64,000 bases of DNA from Nitrosopumilus sp. (lineage in GTDB: Archaea; Thermoproteota; Nitrososphaeria; Nitrososphaerales; Nitrosopumilaceae). The stretch is taken from contig OZ240211.1 of the NCBI GenBank assembly GCA_965197525.1, positions 1,728,001 to 1,792,000 of the forward strand, written 5' to 3'. Position numbers and translations under genes: made by a program. Positions 59,011 to 64,000 of this stretch are shown in pieces. The notes beneath the pieces are model-generated. The model was not told the DNA's origin, did no database searches, and worked only from the letters and a program-made list of their open reading frames with translations. Every line of letters begins with the position of its first letter. Position 1 is the first letter of the stretch.

Positions 59011-59698
59011 GAATACGCGCGAATCGATATCAATACTAGAGCAAGCAAAACATGCGATTGCATTTGCTCAAGAATTGCCCTCTAGTCCTGTCTATAATAT
59101 AAAGAATTTAGCAAACAATGTTGTACGTCTGTCTGCTAGAACAATCAAAAGACGGATTAACAGTCTGGAAGAATTAGGATTAGCCTACTGCAATCGAGGA
59201 GTCTTTACAATTAAAAGAGAAGTAATATCTCAACCTTATACTGTTTTGCAGGACTTGATTCCTTCATTAATTGCACTCAAAAGAGCCAGAAGGTTTGGCA
59301 AGTACTACAAACCCACAGATGTCAATTTTATGAGAAAAAATCTTCCACCCCATTCCATTATAACGCTTGATTACAGATCTCATGAATTAACTCAATTCCA
59401 AACTCCGCTCAACTTGTATGTCTACGTTGACGATATAGAGGATACCTCCAAATTCCTGAAAGGTCATGGGTTCAGAGAGGGAAAGAGAGGCAATGTAATA
59501 CTACTTCCAAAGATCGGTTATTTTGAAAATCAAATAGAACGAGTTTTTCTTGACTGTGTTGCAAATGGCGGCAGAAGTTTTTTGGATGCTGCTGCTATCA
59601 TGCTTACTCACAACGATATGCTAAAGACAAGAGTTCGATTCACTGGTAGTATCATATTAAAAGTTCAGGAGGATACATTCAATGAACCCATTGATTAG
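59009..59698 (+). CDS. winged-helix protein, probable AbiEi-like type IV antitoxin
   Basis: N-terminal wHTH (LSARTIKRRINSLEELGL); C-terminal LYVYV...ERVFLDC; overlaps a nucleotidyltransferase gene. Confidence 0.65.
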   Translation: MNTRESISILEQAKHAIAFAQELPSSPVYNIKNLANNVVRLSARTIKRRINSLEELGLAYCNRGVFTIKREVISQPYTVLQDLIPSLIALKRARRFGKYYKPTDVNFMRKNLPPHSIITLDYRSHELTQFQTPLNLYVYVDDIEDTSKFLKGHGFREGKRGNVILLPKIGYFENQIERVFLDCVANGGRSFLDAAAIMLTHNDMLKTRVRFTGSIILKVQEDTFNEPID

Positions 59699-60188
59699 AG
59701 AAGCTGTATACATTACTCGCGATTTTAAAACTGCGACATTTGTTGGAGCAGTTGCAGTTATGTTACACGTTGGCTTACAACGTCAATCACTAGATTTGGA
59801 TTTTGTTGTAGCCGAGCAGATTACTTTTAATCAGTTTTTAGATAAAGGATATAAAATAGATAGTAAAAATGATAGAAAATTTACTCCACGAGGATATAAA
59901 ATTGATGTATATGACAAACGAGAACTAAATGATATTTCATTAAAATACATCATCAATACTGCTACAGCCATCAGAGTCAATAAAAAAGGAACCACTGTCA
60001 ATGTCATATCTTTGGAAGGATTGATCGTTACAAAATTTAGAGCTGGACGTGATCACGATATCGAAGACCTCATACAATTATCCATCTACTGCAGTTCTAA
60101 AATAAATTGGGACGAAATTCAAAATCTTGTCAAAGACGACGTCGAATACTCTAATATAAAACAGACAATTCATCTTTATACTGATTGA
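59682..60188 (+). CDS. Pol-beta-superfamily nucleotidyltransferase, AbiEii/DUF6036-like toxin
   Basis: FVGAVAVMLH...RQSLDLDF, IDVY, LEGLIVTKFRAGRDHDIED. Confidence 0.78.
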   Translation: MNPLIREAVYITRDFKTATFVGAVAVMLHVGLQRQSLDLDFVVAEQITFNQFLDKGYKIDSKNDRKFTPRGYKIDVYDKRELNDISLKYIINTATAIRVNKKGTTVNVISLEGLIVTKFRAGRDHDIEDLIQLSIYCSSKINWDEIQNLVKDDVEYSNIKQTIHLYTD

Positions 60189-60470
60189 TAATCAACGTGA
60201 AAGTAAGCGTAAATGATCTCATATCTTTGTGAAATGGTATCTCTGCTCCTATTCTAAAGCCCAATGTCGCTTATGAAACAATCTGTGCTGAACATATGTC
60301 AAATTATATCCTATTTTCTACTCTTCTAATTCTGAAATCTTTGAAACATTTTCTTGGTTTTAATTATATTTTTTATCTTTAATTAACAACTGTTCAAATT
60401 TTTTGTTTTTTTCTATTCAATCTCTAAAAACTCATTTAACTTTAAATTATCCATAAATACAAGCCTTTAC

Positions 60471-60758
60471 ATGTCAAATGAAACCCGAGACACCGTCTTC
60501 ATTGGTAAGAAACCATTGATGGCATATGTAACATCAGCGCTAATTCAATTGGCTAACATACCAACCGTGAGTATCAAAGCTAGGGGACTCAGTATAGGAC
60601 GTGCTGTGGATGTGGCCCAGATTATCGCAAGGAAGACCGAAAATGCAGGTTACACTATTGGCGATATTACAATCGGTTCTGAGGCACTAGAGTCCCAAGA
60701 CGGTAGAACAAGAAATGTTTCCACAATAGAAATTGAAGTAAAGAGAGTCGCACCTTAA
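60471..60758 (+). CDS. albA: Alba chromatin protein
   Basis: FIGKKPLMAYV, IKARGLSIGRAVDVA, RNVSTIEI. Confidence 0.97.
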   Translation: MSNETRDTVFIGKKPLMAYVTSALIQLANIPTVSIKARGLSIGRAVDVAQIIARKTENAGYTIGDITIGSEALESQDGRTRNVSTIEIEVKRVAP

Positions 60759-60774
60759 CTGCACTTGACACCTT

Positions 60775-61641
60775 TTATTCTCTTTTTATATTTCCATATT
60801 TTTTTTCCATGTTGCTAAACTTGTCTAATTCCACTAGATCATTGAACTGATCAAAATTTACAATTTTTTGTTTATATCTTGCAGTACTTCCAGTTTTTTT
60901 AAGCTCCGCAAGTATTTTCATACTTGCAAATGTATTTGCATACAGAACTGACAGTGGATAGAGAACTATCTTGAATCCCATCTTGTTTAACGACTCAGAT
61001 GATCTCAATGGTGTTGCACCACCTTCGATCATGTTTGCAACTAGCGGTCCTTTGATCTCTCTTGTTATTTGTTTCATCTCATCTAACGTTTTTGGCGCTT
61101 CTACAAATATTGCATCAGCTCCCGTTTTTTTATTCTCTTTACTGCGACTAATTGCTTCATCTAATCCCCTAGTTGCTCTTGCATCTGTTCTTGCCACTAT
61201 AAAAAAATCTTTACTCTCTCTTGCATCAATTGCAGCAGCTAGTTTTTCTGTATATTCTTCTTGTGAAATTACCTCTTTACCTTGCATATGTCCACATCTT
61301 TTAGGCCATCGCTGATCTTCCAAAAACATGCCTGCAGCACCTGCTGATTCTAACTCTTTTACCAGTTTCCATACACTTAATGCATTTCCGTATCCTGTAT
61401 CTGAATCAACAATCACCGGTACTGACGTTGCCCTGCATATCCTTCTGGCATTATCAACTGTATCTGCTGCCCCAATGAATCCGTAGTCTGGCATCCCAAG
61501 TAATGTTGCCGATGTCCCATACCCTGTCTGAAACATTGCATCAAATCCGGTTTTTTGAACAATCTTTGCACCTAGTGCATCATAAACGCCTGGAATTACA
61601 AGCGGCTCTTTTGATTTTAATATGTTTTTCATAGTCTTCAT
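60775..61641 (-). CDS. isocitrate lyase/PEP mutase family (methylisocitrate lyase-like)
   Basis: PGVYDA, DSDTGYG, LEDQRWPKRCGH, ARTDA, FVEA, ANM. Confidence 0.9.
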   Translation of the reverse strand: MKTMKNILKSKEPLVIPGVYDALGAKIVQKTGFDAMFQTGYGTSATLLGMPDYGFIGAADTVDNARRICRATSVPVIVDSDTGYGNALSVWKLVKELESAGAAGMFLEDQRWPKRCGHMQGKEVISQEEYTEKLAAAIDARESKDFFIVARTDARATRGLDEAISRSKENKKTGADAIFVEAPKTLDEMKQITREIKGPLVANMIEGGATPLRSSESLNKMGFKIVLYPLSVLYANTFASMKILAELKKTGSTARYKQKIVNFDQFNDLVELDKFSNMEKKYGNIKRE

Positions 61642-61732
61642 AGCAGTTCTCTTTTCACGAAATATTTATAATTTTTAACTACTGTTGTATCTTCCTGTAT
61701 TGGCTGAATCGACTAGTTCTTTGCTTTGTTGA

Positions 61733-62242
61733 CTATTCTATCTTTATCTCTTTACCATTTTTCTCTGCAGTCTTTTCTTTAATTTTTTCAAGCTCTGACT
61801 CTAGGAACTGTCTGTACTTTTGAGTCTCTTCTTTAGTCATGTTGGCAAAATTAGAGTTTAGAATAGAGCACATATCTGTGATCTTTTCTAGCAAATCCAT
61901 TGCAACGAACCTTCCTACATTGCCTAGTCTGAGCATAACCTCTAGCTGTTTTTTTACAATATCGTTTATCTTGTCTATGTCTTCTGCAGTGTCTGTACCT
62001 TTCTTTGTCAGTTTATACCTGCCATCTTCTACTTCCTCAATTAATCCCTCATCAAGTAATCTGCCTAACAATGGATAGATTAGCCCCGGTGATGGTTTCC
62101 AAACTCCGTTACTTTGTTCTACTGCATAGTCGATTATCTCTTTTCCTGTACGTGGTGCCTCTTTTATCAACTCCAAGATAAAGTATCTTGAAAATCCTCT
62201 AGGCACTGAGCTTCCTACTCTTCTGAACCATTCTGAGATCAT
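61733..62242 (-). CDS. PadR-family transcriptional regulator
   Basis: YFILELI..PRTGKEI...WKPSPGLIYPLL..L...GLI...Y.LT.KG. Confidence 0.92.
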   Translation of the reverse strand: MISEWFRRVGSSVPRGFSRYFILELIKEAPRTGKEIIDYAVEQSNGVWKPSPGLIYPLLGRLLDEGLIEEVEDGRYKLTKKGTDTAEDIDKINDIVKKQLEVMLRLGNVGRFVAMDLLEKITDMCSILNSNFANMTKEETQKYRQFLESELEKIKEKTAEKNGKEIKIE

Positions 62243-63609
62243 CACTAGTAATATCACTAGTGATATATTTTAATATTTCGATTTGAACCATGTCTGACTC
62301 AGTTGCCTTGTCTAATAACATAGGTCTTGTGCATTATGGGTCTGAATAGTAGAGTTGCAGATAATGGGGCATTGGACTTTCTCTAGTTTTTTTGAACTAG
62401 TCTTGCCTGCTTTTTGTTTTACAATTTCATATCATCATCATTCTTTATTTCAGTGTGATCAAAATGTCTAAAATGATATGGACTGTGTTATAAAATTCAC
62501 ATTTTAAAGTAATTTTGCGTATTCTTGTGGATTTACAATTATCTAGTTTAGCTGTTCTTGATTTATGATATGTGGTCTGTTCATGTCTAGGAAACTATGA
62601 CCTGTGCCTTTATGTTGTTTTTCTTCAATTATAGTAGAATTTGATAATGTTGTACTTTTCTTGAATTCTTTAGTTTAACTCGTTTGATTTCTTTTTACCA
62701 TGTTTCTCAATATTTTTTTTATACATTAATGTCTCTGTTATGAGTTCTTTTTGTATTTTTTGCTAGTCATGTTAAATCAAAACATGTTATTTTGCACATG
62801 TTTGTAATACAAGACAAGTTTCATACATAGATCTAGATTTGTTATCTAACATGCTTTTTATCAAAAGAATTTATACTGCCTTTTATCATTTTTTAACAAT
62901 TGTTTTCGTTATTTTACAACAGTTGCAGATAAACCTGGTCATCGATTCTCATATCATGATTTTTTGTAGAACCCGCTCAAATTCTTTTATCGACTAGATC
63001 TATTCTTCCATATTCTTTTTTTAATTTTCATAATTTCGGTTTGTCTTTGATAGTTGAAGTATTTTTGCTTGGCTATGCATTAATTATTTTTAGATATCCA
63101 CTCATCATAACCATCCAGTATTTTATATGACACTTAATTCATGGTTAATACTCTACGTTTAATGTCTCTGTATTACATTATCTGTTTGTCTTTAACGGCC
63201 AAATAATTTTAGACACTCATTCTACTATTCATTGTTGTTAACATTATTATCCGAGACTCATTTTCTGCCTCTTCTATAGGATTTTGTTAGTTTACTAGAA
63301 TCGTTCTCTATAGTATTTTATTACCTTTGAGAATAATTTTGATTTGTCTTGATATATTATCAGAGCACAATAGCATGCATATCGTATGATCATCGGCTGG
63401 AAAATAAAACATATAAAATTTCATCTAAATATTCGATTTTCCCTTAAAAATTCAGTAGAATATTTGAAAATGCCATATATTCTGGTTTGTTAGCATGTAT
63501 CAGTATCATCATCTGCTGTCAATTCAGTTATATGCTATCTTGACAGTCCTCGATTAATTTCTAACAATTACTACATATTTAACCTACATTAAACAAGTTT
63601 GACTACAAA

Positions 63610-64000
63610 ATGACTGACTCTATTGAATTTGATCTAATTATCTGCGGTTCTGGGCTTGCTGGCTTGCGGGCTGCAATATCTGCTGCAAAGAAAGCACCAA
63701 ATCTCAAAATCGGCATTGTCTCAAAATTACAGGTAATGCGCTCACACTCTGTTTCAGCTGAAGGTGGAACTGCTGCCGTTTTATTTGATAATGAAGGTGA
63801 CACAGTTGAATCCCACATTTATGACACAGTCAAGGGAAGCGACTTTCTCGCAGACCAAGATGTTGCAGAACGATTGTGTGTTGAGATGCCAAAGGAGATC
63901 CGTCAGCTAGATCAATGGGGGATGCCATGGTCTAGACGTCCTGATGGACGAATTGATCAGAGAAACTTCGGCGGTTACAGTTTTCCAAGGGCTACATATG
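63610..64000 (+). CDS. sdhA: succinate dehydrogenase flavoprotein subunit (partial, runs off the window)
   Basis: Not in the track. MTDSIEFDLIICGSGLAGLRAA...RSHSVSAEGG (FAD-His)...DTVKGSDFLADQD...RNFGG. Confidence 0.95.
   Translation, partial: MTDSIEFDLIICGSGLAGLRAAISAAKKAPNLKIGIVSKLQVMRSHSVSAEGGTAAVLFDNEGDTVESHIYDTVKGSDFLADQDVAERLCVEMPKEIRQLDQWGMPWSRRPDGRIDQRNFGGYSFPRATY

Noticed and set aside
60189-60470. att duplication of tRNA-Ala(GGC) closing the TA island
   Set aside because: No copy of the tRNA 3' end was found by eye.
63603-63818. 71-aa minus-strand ORF in the track
   Set aside because: It is the antisense shadow of sdhA, which starts at 63610 on the plus strand.

Overview
64-kb chromosomal segment of an AT-rich ammonia-oxidising archaeon (Nitrosopumilaceae). 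The assignment rests on the HP/HB-cycle pair 4-hydroxybutyrate-CoA ligase plus 4-hydroxybutyryl-CoA dehydratase, archaeal information genes (rpl37e/Lsm, rpl7ae-rps28e-rpl24e-ndk-aIF5B, aIF6, RFC-S, GINS-MCM-Hel308, Alba) and CFI-box-CTERM proteins. Surface proteins with DUF285, NHL and FN3 repeats, IS elements, TA modules and decayed AT-rich tracts suggest a host-associated (e.g. sponge) lineage; this is inference. Four intron-less tRNAs are present. Highlights: (1) a transposase-free tnpB element bounded by 24-bp IS6-like terminal inverted repeats with a 7/8 8-bp flanking direct repeat (52161-53610); (2) a cysteine desulfurase abutting a DUF4007 gene at the left edge, i.e. a probable SspA-SspB DNA phosphorothioation locus missed by the ORF track; (3) a DUF285 gene with about 22 72-nt cassettes made of a near-invariant framework plus shuffled variable segments; (4) an intact IS481 with a perfect 15-bp target duplication; (5) an AbiE-like type IV TA pair with a perfect operator next to tRNA-Ala; (6) rpiA with no canonical start codon upstream of its conserved N-terminal motif. 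All family calls come from motif recognition only; no database search was run.
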